A stretch of DNA of 39,697 bases from a virus (Duplodnaviria > Caudoviricetes). Made by a program: the position numbers and the translations under genes. Each line of letters starts with the position of its first letter. The first letter of the stretch is position 1. The notes below the pieces were generated by a model that saw only the letters and a list, made by a program, of their open reading frames with translations, ran no database searches and was not told where the DNA came from. Where the stretch lies: IMG/VR virus record IMGVR_UViG_3300022916_000588, positions 1 to 39,697 of that record; one strand, written 5' to 3'. Shown piece by piece: positions 24,831 to 34,416 of this stretch.

Positions 24831-27800
24831 ATTCTTTTCCTCCGATAATTAGTTCTTTTGGATGCCAAAACAATATCCCTTCCTTCAAGTGCACCTTGTA
24901 CTAAAATAGTCAGTTCTTGCTTTTCTGTATTTCCTTTCAATGCATTAGGAGCAAATATATCACTACCCATAGTAACACCACCCAAGTCTACATTCCTCAA
25001 AGCCATCTTTAAGAAATAACCCATTTTTTCAAAAGGCACTATTGCTTCCTTTCCACTTGGGTTGTCACCCACTGTTGCCAGAGTCCTTCCTTTCACCATT
25101 CCTCCTTCAGCGAAGGAAGAAGAACTGATCGCAGCGACCTGAGCAGCCGTGGTGGCTACTGATGCGGCAATTAGTACAGCGGTCATGACCCCAAAATCTG
25201 CTTTTGGAACAGTTGCTAATATATTCGTAATTGCTAATGCTCCATTTATTAAAGCTTGAGCAATTTTCATCTTCTTATCTTTTTCAAAATACTTTTTATT
25301 GATAGCTTCCTTTTTCTTTTCATCATCACCTGCAGCAGTCAACTCCTTTTGTCGATTGGCTTCTTCCAAAGTAGCTAAAGCATCTAATGCTTGGGATGAT
25401 AATTGAAATACTTTTTGAACTATTTTCCATTTTTTATCAGCATCCTCCTCAGCATCTGCTTGATCCTTTGCCCTTTTATCTTTTAGCCACTTATAAAAAT
25501 CGGTGTACCCACTCTTCTGGTATTCTAACCATAAATCAAATCCATGTGTCTTAATTAGGAAATCATTTTCAGCAATCTTAATGTCTTCTTGGATTTGCTT
25601 ATCTTTTAAAGCTCTTTCTTTTTCGGCTTGAGCTTCTATCAATTTGAACTCATTATCCATCTGTTCGGAATGAAGCTCCATCATATTCTCAATGTGCTCT
25701 TCTCTTAACAGCTTTTTGTACTCTTCATTATCTCCAGCCAATTCAAGCTCTCTTTCATAACGAGCTCTTTCCATAGATTCAGCAAGTTCCAATCCTTCTT
25801 TACCAAGCTTGGCTTTCAACTGATTTATTTTCCTTTGTATTTCAGCTGCGGCTTCAATCTCTTCCTCTGATAAAACAACTTTACCTTCTCCAATTGGTAC
25901 ATCCCCATCTGGTGTAGTTGGTGTAGTTGGTGCTATTATATTCTTTATAAAACCCTTGTAAGCATCCTCTATTTGATTGACTTCTCTATTGGCTAATGCC
26001 GCTGATGCGCTTATATTAGAAAATGCCATTATCAAAGTTTGCATATCTATACCAGACACATCAGCAATTTCTTGCATAGACTTTGTAAAACCACCTATTG
26101 TAAAATCAGTTTTAACAAGTTCCTCATAATCTTTAAAAGCTGATTTCAAAACATTATTAGCAATCCCTGTTATTGATTCTAATTTGGAATATTCATCTAA
26201 CTGAGTTTTGATAGACTTGGAAAGGACATCATTGATTTTGGCAGATTGTGTTTTAAGAGCTATTTCAGAAATCAAACCATCAATAACTAGGTTACGGGCT
26301 TCTTGTATATCATCCAAGGTAGATTTCTCAGTGAGCATATTCTCTAAGTACCCGCCATACTTTTCATTTATCTGCCCCAATATATCTCTATGTAAAGCAC
26401 TACCTTTATTTGTCTGCTCTAATTGATTGAAAAGTTTAGTTGCCTCGGCAGTTCCTTCTCCTATAAGTTCATTAAATTCAGATTGTGAATCACTTACTTC
26501 TTTTTGGACAACAGCTGTTCCTTTCAAAGCTCTTTTGTAAGCTATAAATGCAGCAACCAAAGTAGCTAACACAGCGGCCATAGCCATCATAGGATTTCCA
26601 GCCATTGCTACCTTCTGCAGATTCATAGCTGTGGTCACTTTCTTTATAGAAGGAAGTAACACACCATAAAGATTTATCATCTTCCCAATAGATGAGGCCA
26701 TTGCTCCCATTATTAGTAGTACAGGACCAGCCCCTGCAGCAATCGCTGCCCATTTAACAATATTCTTTTTCTGTTCATCAGATAATGCTCCAAACCATTT
26801 AGCTGTCTTTTCAAGCTTCTTTGTTATGTTTCCTAGTATATCTGATACTGGACCTTTCAAAGCATCCCCAAATTCTACTAAGGTTGTTTGAGCAGCGGCA
26901 ATAGATTGATCTAATTTAAATTGAGCAGTTTCACTAGCTGATTCAAAAGCCCTATCCAATGAACCTGTTGTTTGTGTCAAAGCATCAAAGATGGCTATAT
27001 TATCAGCGGCATTACTGCCCATAAGGTCAAGCACTCCAGATAAAGCTCTAATATTAGGAAATACATTTGCTATGGTTTGTTCACCCCACTCGGCTTGTAG
27101 TTCCTTAACATCAGTCAAGGCGGCAATCAATCCATCTTCTCTCAATGTCTTTCTTAATTCAGAGGAGCTGGTGCCCATCATTTGTAAAGCATCTTCAGCT
27201 TGTTGGGTTGGCTTGAGCATAGCCATCATAATATTCTTCAATTGCATAGAAGCTGTAGTGGCACTTGTTCCTGTTCTGGTCATAGCAGCAACAGCTGCCC
27301 CAACTTGATCAAAACTTACGGACATAGCACTAGCAATAGGAAGGACTTGCCCCAATGCCGCGGCTAGGTCAGGTGCCTCAGCTTTACCCTCTCTAACAGC
27401 GGCAACTAGGATATCAGTGGCAGTGGCGGCATTTAAGTTTTCTTTGCCATAAGCATTCATTGCTGAAGTGACTAAATCAGCCACCACCTTTGTTTCTCCT
27501 AATCCTGAGGCAGAAGCTTTGGCTGACATTTCTAGCACCTCCATTGCCTCTGCTCCTTTTATACCTGCTGATGTTATAAAGAAGAGGGCATCGGCAAGTT
27601 CTTTTGGCCCTCTTCCTACAGCCACAGACATATTCAAAATGTCCTTTTCCCAAGCTTGAACTTGTTCACGGGCCACTCCTACTAATCCAATGACCTTATC
27701 TAAGGAAGCTTCAAAATCCTTCTGCATCTTATAAGCTCCAGCCCCAATTGCTAACAAGGACAGAGTAAAAGCAACAGACATCATTTTACCAGCTTTAGAC

Positions 27801-27967
27801 ATCGTCTTTCCGGCTGTCATCATAGACGCTGATACTTTAGCCATCTGTGTCTGCATCTGCGTTGTAGCTCCTTTAAACTGTGCCTGAGCTTTACCCAAGG
27901 AAGAGGAAAAGGCAGTTGTGTCTAATCCTAATCCAGCTAACAGTTCACCAACAAATTTATTTGACAT
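24827..27967 (-). CDS. Tail tape measure protein (TP901-type core)
   Basis: 1046 aa, Ala/Gly-rich helical; ELADALFFITSAG, ATDILVAAVREG, C-terminal FAEGGMVKGRTLATVGD...EAIVP. Confidence 0.93.
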   Translation of the reverse strand: MSNKFVGELLAGLGLDTTAFSSSLGKAQAQFKGATTQMQTQMAKVSASMMTAGKTMSKAGKMMSVAFTLSLLAIGAGAYKMQKDFEASLDKVIGLVGVAREQVQAWEKDILNMSVAVGRGPKELADALFFITSAGIKGAEAMEVLEMSAKASASGLGETKVVADLVTSAMNAYGKENLNAATATDILVAAVREGKAEAPDLAAALGQVLPIASAMSVSFDQVGAAVAAMTRTGTSATTASMQLKNIMMAMLKPTQQAEDALQMMGTSSSELRKTLREDGLIAALTDVKELQAEWGEQTIANVFPNIRALSGVLDLMGSNAADNIAIFDALTQTTGSLDRAFESASETAQFKLDQSIAAAQTTLVEFGDALKGPVSDILGNITKKLEKTAKWFGALSDEQKKNIVKWAAIAAGAGPVLLIMGAMASSIGKMINLYGVLLPSIKKVTTAMNLQKVAMAGNPMMAMAAVLATLVAAFIAYKRALKGTAVVQKEVSDSQSEFNELIGEGTAEATKLFNQLEQTNKGSALHRDILGQINEKYGGYLENMLTEKSTLDDIQEARNLVIDGLISEIALKTQSAKINDVLSKSIKTQLDEYSKLESITGIANNVLKSAFKDYEELVKTDFTIGGFTKSMQEIADVSGIDMQTLIMAFSNISASAALANREVNQIEDAYKGFIKNIIAPTTPTTPDGDVPIGEGKVVLSEEEIEAAAEIQRKINQLKAKLGKEGLELAESMERARYERELELAGDNEEYKKLLREEHIENMMELHSEQMDNEFKLIEAQAEKERALKDKQIQEDIKIAENDFLIKTHGFDLWLEYQKSGYTDFYKWLKDKRAKDQADAEEDADKKWKIVQKVFQLSSQALDALATLEEANRQKELTAAGDDEKKKEAINKKYFEKDKKMKIAQALINGALAITNILATVPKADFGVMTAVLIAASVATTAAQVAAISSSSFAEGGMVKGRTLATVGDNPSGKEAIVPFEKMGYFLKMALRNVDLGGVTMGSDIFAPNALKGNTEKQELTILVQGALEGRDIVLASKRTNYRRKRI

Positions 27968-28302
27968 TATTTCTTACGTTTAAACTTTTTACCTGCCCAA
28001 GCATACAAAATCTTTTTCTGCTCTTCTAAGGTTTGGGGCTTCTTCTTCTCAACAGCTTTCTTATCCCATGGCAATGGTGCTAACTTTTCGGAAATCTTAG
28101 TGCCTTTTTTAAGAGGACGGCCATTCATTGCTAGCATATTAAGTATGTGCCAACGGAAGCCTTCCATCATATCTTTAAAAGTCAACTGACTCCTTTGGGT
28201 ATGATCCTTCATAGCATAGTGAAATTCTAACGGTGTCAAATCATAGAATCCTGTTATTGGAATCTTCAAACGACTAATAGCTACACCACTAAGGTATTCC
28301 AA
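27967..28302 (-). CDS. Tail assembly chaperone T segment (expressed as frameshifted GT fusion)
   Basis: Lacks an ATG start; FYDLTPLEF motif; in the -1 frame relative to the upstream gene and open back to the slippery site. Confidence 0.75.
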   Translation of the reverse strand: MEYLSGVAISRLKIPITGFYDLTPLEFHYAMKDHTQRSQLTFKDMMEGFRWHILNMLAMNGRPLKKGTKISEKLAPLPWDKKAVEKKKPQTLEEQKKILYAWAGKKFKRKK

Positions 28303-28307
28303 ATCCG

Positions 28308-28673
28308 TTATTTTTTCTTTTCCTCCTGAGCTGTCATACTCGGCATCATTGCCATCAACTTTTTTTCATCAAGTCCGGGAAAGAACTCAGGAATCAAAGC
28401 CAAAAAATCAAAGAACACAAAGTCCATTATGTCTTCCATATCCTCCTTTTCAAAAGGCATGGAAAGCTCAATCATTTTATATCCTCTTTTAAGGGCATAA
28501 TATAACATGAGCTCATATGAACCAAAATCATCAGAAGCCAAATCACCCACTTCTTTTCCAGCTTCTTCTTTTAACATTTTCAAAACATAATAAGATACAC
28601 GGACTGGGTGTTTCTTTTCTCCTGTTTTTTCTCCTTTATTATTGTACTCGGGTATTGTTATAAATCTTAACAT
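28308..28673 (-). CDS. Tail assembly chaperone G
   Basis: Position between tail tube and tape measure; ATG 28673 preferred over 28739, which overlaps the tail tube gene. Confidence 0.75.
   Translation of the reverse strand: MLRFITIPEYNNKGEKTGEKKHPVRVSYYVLKMLKEEAGKEVGDLASDDFGSYELMLYYALKRGYKMIELSMPFEKEDMEDIMDFVFFDFLALIPEFFPGLDEKKLMAMMPSMTAQEEKKK
28359..28365 (-). other. Programmed -1 ribosomal frameshift site A_AAA_AAG
   Basis: In-frame GAA AAA AAG near the end of G. The -1 frame has a TGA immediately before it and is open from there into the T ORF. Confidence 0.8.
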
Positions 28674-28689
28674 TTTTTTTGTTTTTAAA

Positions 28690-28706
28690 AATTCATGATT
28701 AGAATT
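28690..28706 (-). terminator. Short stem-loop (AATTC-TAATCAT-GAATT) followed by T-run after the tail tube gene
   Basis: Same C-TAATCAW-G loop as the hairpin after the major capsid gene; weak stem. Confidence 0.35.
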
Positions 28707-28716
28707 AACTCCCATC

Positions 28717-29163
28717 CTATGCAATGGAAGATAAGCCACCTGATGATAAAGTGATTTGACCGCTTATCTTGATAGATATATCAGTCATAATTTTATCATC
28801 CATAGCTATGTTCATTGGTAACTCAGTGATGAGTCCTTCAAAATCTAATGCCGTAGCATCATCATCTGGTAATAAAATCTGATAATTCTGCAATGTATCA
28901 TCTTCAAAATCATCTTTCATGATCTCATATGTATCCCTTCGGAATATCATAGAAAGCTCAATGCTCCCTCCATCACGAAGACTTCCGATAAATTCACGGT
29001 ACCCTCCTGTTGAATCAAAAGATGTTACGTCTATGGTCTCACGGCTCATACCCGGACCACTGATTGAAATAATTTCTGCAATTGTTGCCCATACTCCTAC
29101 TGACGCTGAATCATCCCAACGTTTGAATATAGTTCCAATTCCGGAAACAGCTTGACTAGTCAT
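28717..29163 (-). CDS. Major tail tube protein
   Basis: IAEIISISGPGMSRETIDVTSFDSTGGYREFIGSLRDGGSIEL...FEGLITE...ISIKISG; AGGAGG RBS. Confidence 0.9.
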   Translation of the reverse strand: MTSQAVSGIGTIFKRWDDSASVGVWATIAEIISISGPGMSRETIDVTSFDSTGGYREFIGSLRDGGSIELSMIFRRDTYEIMKDDFEDDTLQNYQILLPDDDATALDFEGLITELPMNIAMDDKIMTDISIKISGQITLSSGGLSSIA

Positions 29164-29179
29164 AATTCATTTCCTCCTT

Positions 29180-29581
29180 TTAAATTTTAATTTTTTGTAA
29201 TTCGAAATTTGTTACTAAACGTATTCTGTTATTCTCATCCCAGTCCAATTGGAATGGAGAGTTTGAACAACGAATCACGGTAAACTTAACATCATTGATT
29301 TCCTCATTTCCTTTATTGTGAAGGAAGTCAACAATATCATTTATCAATTCCCAAGCACTAGCTTGTGAGTTATCTCTAACACGTATTTGAATATTGCCTC
29401 TATAATACTCATCACCCTTGGTAGGCATTAAATCTACCTGTCCACCGGGGGTGTCAAAAATTGTAACACAATCATCTGGACTGGATGGTTCTTTTGCTAT
29501 AAATAAATTAGTGGCAAAAGATAAGCCCAATGAGCTTTCACCTTCCAACAGGTCTTTAATATCCTCAGAATTGCTATTCAT
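29180..29581 (-). CDS. Tail terminator/completion protein
   Basis: VTIFDTPG, IQIRVR, LDWDENNRIRLVTNF pattern; position before tail tube. Confidence 0.7.
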   Translation of the reverse strand: MNSNSEDIKDLLEGESSLGLSFATNLFIAKEPSSPDDCVTIFDTPGGQVDLMPTKGDEYYRGNIQIRVRDNSQASAWELINDIVDFLHNKGNEEINDVKFTVIRCSNSPFQLDWDENNRIRLVTNFELQKIKI

Positions 29582-30096
29582 CTTTTTGTCATATTATTTT
29601 TTATCAAAATCAATACCTGCTTTTTATTCCTTTCCCAAGCGGCCTCAAAGAACTTAGCACCTGCCCCGGGCCGCCCATGTGTCTTTTTTGTTTTAATATC
29701 TGTATAGTGAAATTTAGCTCCTACATTCTCATGAACATATATAGCATAATTAGCACTGAAACCTAGTATAACACTTGCCCTGCCTGAACCTACTGCTAAT
29801 TGTTTACTATTGCTAACCACCGTAGAATGTCCTGATGCCATTTCTGATGCTTCTTCTCCTTTAAAATTAGGTGACCCACCCACTTTGCTTTCTCCTCTGG
29901 ATGTCACCACAAAAAAGGAAGCTCTTAAATTGCCTAAATCAATTGGTACTTTTGGAGATGTATTTTCCATATCTGTACGAATTAAAATAGCGGCATCAAT
30001 CATACCCTCCATGGCATCACCTTTCATCTTGACCAATTGCTTATTGATATTAGCAACCACCTGATCCATTCCCTTTATTGTAAAGTGACCTTTCAT
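29578..30096 (-). CDS. Neck protein (HK97 gp10-like)
   Basis: VPIDLGNLRAS, ANYAIYVHE, AKFFEAA motifs. Confidence 0.78.
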   Translation of the reverse strand: MKGHFTIKGMDQVVANINKQLVKMKGDAMEGMIDAAILIRTDMENTSPKVPIDLGNLRASFFVVTSRGESKVGGSPNFKGEEASEMASGHSTVVSNSKQLAVGSGRASVILGFSANYAIYVHENVGAKFHYTDIKTKKTHGRPGAGAKFFEAAWERNKKQVLILIKNNMTKR

Positions 30097-30473
30097 AATA
30101 CATATGCCTCCCGTACAAATTCAGTTGTTGATTTAAATAATGGCACCTTTTCCACTTTGATAATCTCTCTGGCTCCATCCACCTCTAAAGGATTGTCGGG
30201 GTCAGAGCTTAAATCATCTAAGCTTCCCAAATATAAATATCCTTCCAAAGCAACATCTTGTGTTAATAGAATCTTTGCGCCAGCCACAATTTCCTTTCCT
30301 TCCTTCCTTATAGATTCATTTTGGACAAGCTCGGTTATTTGCTCCCACCTACAAGCGATTTCAACAGCAGTGTCATAGGTATTTCCACCCCGACCATCGG
30401 GCGACGGATTGCCCCAATATACGGCTGTCTGTACGCAGACCTTTTCAATGAATCTTATTATACCACTTGTCAT
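30093..30473 (-). CDS. Head closure/head-tail joining protein
   Basis: QTAVYW...DGRGG...VEIACRWE beta-rich pattern; synteny. Confidence 0.7.
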   Translation of the reverse strand: MTSGIIRFIEKVCVQTAVYWGNPSPDGRGGNTYDTAVEIACRWEQITELVQNESIRKEGKEIVAGAKILLTQDVALEGYLYLGSLDDLSSDPDNPLEVDGAREIIKVEKVPLFKSTTEFVREAYVL

Positions 30474-30479
30474 AATCTT

Positions 30480-30851
30480 TTATTCAAAACTTGTTACAGC
30501 ATATATGCTTGCTTTCTTTCCTCCTAATGAAGCAAAGTTGCCTGTACTATCTAATGTTAGAACCATCTGTCCATAAGCTGTGGAACTAAGATTCAAGCCT
30601 GTCTTTCCAACATACTTAATTTTAGCACTTCCTGCTTCCTCCTCCTGCCCCATCCGTTCTCTGGTTGAGGCTATCATATGGGCAGTTAGCCACTTCTCAA
30701 TAGACTCCTTTAATGTATCACCCAAAGTGGTATCATCACCTAGTACATTAGTGACTAATGCATTGGCATCTCCTATATAGGCATCCACTATGGTATCTGA
30801 TAAATCAGTATCAATTATTTGCTTAACTTCTGCAGCTGTTGTCCTTGCCAT
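30480..30851 (-). CDS. Head-tail adaptor protein
   Basis: MARTTAAEVKQII...WLTAHMI...LSSTAYGQ; AAGGAG RBS before ATG 30851. Confidence 0.72.
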   Translation of the reverse strand: MARTTAAEVKQIIDTDLSDTIVDAYIGDANALVTNVLGDDTTLGDTLKESIEKWLTAHMIASTRERMGQEEEAGSAKIKYVGKTGLNLSSTAYGQMVLTLDSTGNFASLGGKKASIYAVTSFE

Positions 30852-30855
30852 CTCC

Positions 30856-31557
30856 TTATATTTTTTGTCTGCTTTTCCAAAGCATTGGATCAATAAAACT
30901 TAACACATCACTATTCCATTCAAGTCCTAACCACTTAATGGTGGCCATCAATTCTGAATAATCTCCATACACCATCTTCTCTGGCCATATTTCCTTGAAC
31001 TGTATTTTTTCCTTCATAGCTTCAAACCTACCTAAGTGCTGATTCACCCACCATTCCCAACCTTCGGCTTCACTCATCACACCTACTTCCTTTTGTATAA
31101 AGGAGTGGTGGAAAGCTCTCATGAATCCTGTCTTTAAACAACTATCAACTATGTCATCTGTTTTCCTCCTAACAATCACCCACTTAGCTTCTGGAAAACA
31201 ATCATACCAGATGGGCCATAACAACCCAATCTTTGGGTCTTTGTACATTATACTTCCTTTTCTGAACCCCTCTTCCTTAAACACTTTTAAAAAAGAGCTT
31301 TTCCAATAATGAGGGGTTTGCAAGGAATCTGTTTTGGGAAGAGGATATTGACCCATTGGGTCAACATTAAGTTTCTTTAAAAAGGGCTTGACCATACTGC
31401 TAATTATTTTATGGTTTTCAAACATACCCTTCTTATTGTTTCTGTTTGGGCCATTCATCTTTCCTCCGAATGCTCCACATTTGTTAATGGAGCCAGCTAC
31501 CATACTGGTACCAGACCTTGGACAACCTGTAATTATGATCAAATTTTTCACTTCCAT
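30856..31557 (-). CDS. Sulfotransferase (PAPS-dependent, P-loop type)
   Basis: 5'-PSB loop IIITGCPRSGTSMV, FEN, YKDP, 3'-PB-like VIVRR...IVDS. Confidence 0.82.
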   Translation of the reverse strand: MEVKNLIIITGCPRSGTSMVAGSINKCGAFGGKMNGPNRNNKKGMFENHKIISSMVKPFLKKLNVDPMGQYPLPKTDSLQTPHYWKSSFLKVFKEEGFRKGSIMYKDPKIGLLWPIWYDCFPEAKWVIVRRKTDDIVDSCLKTGFMRAFHHSFIQKEVGVMSEAEGWEWWVNQHLGRFEAMKEKIQFKEIWPEKMVYGDYSELMATIKWLGLEWNSDVLSFIDPMLWKSRQKI

Positions 31558-32894
31558 TTTTCTACTATTAAAGTGTCATTAACTTCGTGTGGTCTTGGCT
31601 GACCATGGAAGCAAATAACCTGTGCCCCATTATGTTTGTAATCATTCATTAAGAAATCCCTTTTGTAACTGATAACAGATAAGCTTTCTTGTATTTTAAT
31701 TGGATTCTTTCTGGTGGCTGATTTATATGTCTTTTCAATAAAGGTCTGATCACCTATCAAATCCCCACCAGCTTTAGAAAACCGAGGAGCTTTTTTGTTC
31801 CTCAACTTCTCATAGATAAAGGACAAATCACAATCCCAAGTCATTATACCAGACATCAAAAAAGTACTGCCTCTAAAATTGTCCAGCATCCTAAAACCAG
31901 AAAAAGGTTTAAACAAAGAATCTATGCTTTTCAATATTACGGTATCCAAATCAAAATAAACAACCTGCCTACTGTCTGGAAATATACCATGCCTAAATAA
32001 CTCAATCTTGCTCCACCAGCCGGGCCAGTTATTCCTTAATGGTATAACTTCTTCTGGTGCCAATTTTAAAGCCGTAGAATCGGTCAAACATCTGAAATGT
32101 ATTTTCCTTTTAGTATTCTTTTTAATCATGCTCCTGAGCTTGTAAACATACTCAGGGGTGTAATCTCCACCTGTCTTTAAAACACAAACAGCATAATCCT
32201 TTTCTTGGGTTGAATAAACATCTGATAAATTAACTCTTTCAAAAGCTGTGATAGCACTATCTGGATTAACATTTAAAATCTCCACACCTAATCTTTTAGC
32301 ATCTCTAGCAATCTTGGGAAAGCCCTCTGAATGCCTGATAAAAGTTTTTTGTATTTGCGACTCTTTCTTGGGCTTCTTTCCATATAGCTTATGCCAATGT
32401 TGGTCTTTATGATCTTTCAACTTCATATCAAATCCCAATAACATAATCCTTTTAGCTCCCAAATGAACTGCTAAGTTAATAGCTGATGAACCACTATTCC
32501 TATTCCAACGAATCTTAGTTGGATCATCTGACAATCCAAAAGGCTTATCACGATCCACTACTTTGATTCCATAATCCAAATGATTCACTTTTCCTGATAA
32601 AGTAACTAATGTATGATCCAGCTTTACTAATTCATGTAAATGAGTTAAGTAAAAAGGAACATCACCAAAGAATGTAAAATCAATAAAATCCCCAAGCCTA
32701 TAAGCTACATTAACACCAATGACATGCTTATCCCTTAATATATGTAAATATGGTTCATATAATTGAGGAGTGGCCCCGTTGTAGACTGCTTGCACAATCT
32801 CTTCCGGGATATTAAATTGGCCCATCATACTGGGGCCACCTCCAATTATGTAGCAATCGCCACCTTCCCATATTTTAGGAATACACCAGCCCAT
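31548..32894 (-). CDS. Two-domain glycosyltransferase: Maf/DUF115/Cst-like domain + GT-A (GT8-like) domain
   Basis: N-half: IIGGGPS, VIGVN, NSGSSAINLAVHLGAKRIMLLGFDM. C-half: VCVLKTGGDYTPEYV, WWSKIELF, YFDLD (DxD), GDQ, FHGQPRP. Confidence 0.82.
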   Translation of the reverse strand: MGWCIPKIWEGGDCYIIGGGPSMMGQFNIPEEIVQAVYNGATPQLYEPYLHILRDKHVIGVNVAYRLGDFIDFTFFGDVPFYLTHLHELVKLDHTLVTLSGKVNHLDYGIKVVDRDKPFGLSDDPTKIRWNRNSGSSAINLAVHLGAKRIMLLGFDMKLKDHKDQHWHKLYGKKPKKESQIQKTFIRHSEGFPKIARDAKRLGVEILNVNPDSAITAFERVNLSDVYSTQEKDYAVCVLKTGGDYTPEYVYKLRSMIKKNTKRKIHFRCLTDSTALKLAPEEVIPLRNNWPGWWSKIELFRHGIFPDSRQVVYFDLDTVILKSIDSLFKPFSGFRMLDNFRGSTFLMSGIMTWDCDLSFIYEKLRNKKAPRFSKAGGDLIGDQTFIEKTYKSATRKNPIKIQESLSVISYKRDFLMNDYKHNGAQVICFHGQPRPHEVNDTLIVEKWK

Positions 32895-32896
32895 GT

Positions 32897-33250
32897 TTAC
32901 TGTTCTAAAGTGTTAATGAGTTCATCAGCTTCTGCCTCTCTTAAAGCACGATCATTCATCTTCTTGCCTTTGGAATCAACAATATCCCACCAACCCTTTG
33001 AACGTTCTTTCTTAGTGTACAAAGCTTTAGCACCCTTCTCTGGTTCAGTGACTGAGGGCTTCTTCTTCCTTACTGGGTCCAACGGCTTTACAGAATCCAT
33101 AAAAGCGGCAGGGATTTCCTCAGGGTGAGCCAAGAAAATTTCCTTTGATTTTATAATTCTACCATCAGCCATTCTAAAAGAACCACCACCAGACTTTTGC
33201 CACCTTATTTTTGGTGGGCTTTTTGATTCACTTTTCTTCTTACGTTGCAT
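32897..33250 (-). CDS. Hypothetical head-region protein
   Basis: 117 aa, basic, with AGGAGG RBS, directly downstream of major capsid gene. Confidence 0.7.
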   Translation of the reverse strand: MQRKKKSESKSPPKIRWQKSGGGSFRMADGRIIKSKEIFLAHPEEIPAAFMDSVKPLDPVRKKKPSVTEPEKGAKALYTKKERSKGWWDIVDSKGKKMNDRALREAEADELINTLEQ

Positions 33251-33286
33251 ATTTTTATCCTCCTAATATTTTTATGATTAAAAATT

Positions 33287-33301
33287 GTACTTGATTAGTA
33301 C
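33287..33301 (-). terminator. Short stem-loop (GTAC-TAATCAA-GTAC) followed by AATTTTT after the major capsid gene
   Basis: Inverted repeat with the loop shared by 28690-28706. Confidence 0.35.
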
Positions 33302-33309
33302 GAATAAGA

Positions 33310-34389
33310 TTAAGCCAAGTGGGTGATACCACAATTGCCATCCTGATCTGCTCTGATCTGAGGCACTTGGATAGTCATCACTTTGTACTTGTTGATAAAT
33401 TTGCCTTCTTCATCCCACTGGATATTCTGAATTGGCATTCCCTTAACCAGACGAACAACATCAGAAGTCATCTGTACCAAAAGAACATTATCAGCAGTCA
33501 AGGTGTCAATAACCTTAATGCCTTTAATACCACCTAACTTCTCAATACGCTCACGGATGGTTTGTGTGGAAGCTCCTGAAGTGGAGTAATCCTCATCCAT
33601 TACTGTTTCATAAGAAGTGGGAATATAAAGCATCCAAGGGCCATAATGATATGCATCAATACTGGCTTGCTTCATAGCAATAACATCAGCCAAAATCTGA
33701 GCCGCAGTTTTTGAAGAATCATCCCATGCTAAACTCAAAGTGACCTCATTACGATTGGTGTAATTTGTGTAACTATAAATAGTACCACCACCAAAGGCAT
33801 AAGAGGTATTTGTAAATAACATTTGCTCCAATTTCAAAGCCACTTTTCTTGTAGCTCTTTCTGCCAAGGTTGTATCCAAAGGATTTCCCATGTTCCTGCT
33901 AGCAGCCAATGTACGAGTGTTTATTTCGTAATCAGCATGGATAATAGGAATTGGCAAATAATTAGTAGAATAAACAGGACGATCATTCTGAGCTCTGGCA
34001 ATCCCATCCATGGTTAACTCAGCTGAAAGAGCATCACTCACGTCATGCCATTCTAGCACAGTTGTTCCCATAGCATTGCCCAGATTATAAACAAGCCCAT
34101 GGGACTCTAAATCAGCAACTCCACCTGTCCGTGATTCCGAAATTTTAACAACAGCTTCATCCAACTGTTTCCACTCATCCCTTCTCAGAGTGCCATGAGC
34201 AACTAAATGGTTCACATAGTTCTTTGTATCCTTGGCATCTCCTCCTTTGAATACAGTAACATATGCTTTTCCATCTTTTCCAATCCATGGACGCAATTGT
34301 CCCGGATCCATCTTGCCATTAGCTAAGATGTTAGAAGCGAGAGCACCTTGTGCTCCTTCTTTTCCAATATAATCAATATTTGGTTCCAT
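33310..34389 (-). CDS. Major capsid protein (HK97 fold, linocin/encapsulin-like family)
   Basis: 359 aa after decoration and protease genes; LRRDEWKQLDEAV, LPIPIIHADY, YGPWMLYIP, VMTIQVPQIR. Confidence 0.88.
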   Translation of the reverse strand: MEPNIDYIGKEGAQGALASNILANGKMDPGQLRPWIGKDGKAYVTVFKGGDAKDTKNYVNHLVAHGTLRRDEWKQLDEAVVKISESRTGGVADLESHGLVYNLGNAMGTTVLEWHDVSDALSAELTMDGIARAQNDRPVYSTNYLPIPIIHADYEINTRTLAASRNMGNPLDTTLAERATRKVALKLEQMLFTNTSYAFGGGTIYSYTNYTNRNEVTLSLAWDDSSKTAAQILADVIAMKQASIDAYHYGPWMLYIPTSYETVMDEDYSTSGASTQTIRERIEKLGGIKGIKVIDTLTADNVLLVQMTSDVVRLVKGMPIQNIQWDEEGKFINKYKVMTIQVPQIRADQDGNCGITHLA

Positions 34390-34416
34390 TTCTTTTTTCT
34401 CCTTAAAAAATTTAAA

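Noticed and set aside
25911-25932. 9-bp tandem repeat (GGTGTAGTT) in the tape measure gene
   Set aside because: Only about two copies, encoding a PTTPTTP linker; not an array
33310-34389. Encapsulin/linocin bacteriocin interpretation of the capsid gene
   Set aside because: Context (portal, protease, decoration, neck, tail) shows it is the phage major capsid protein
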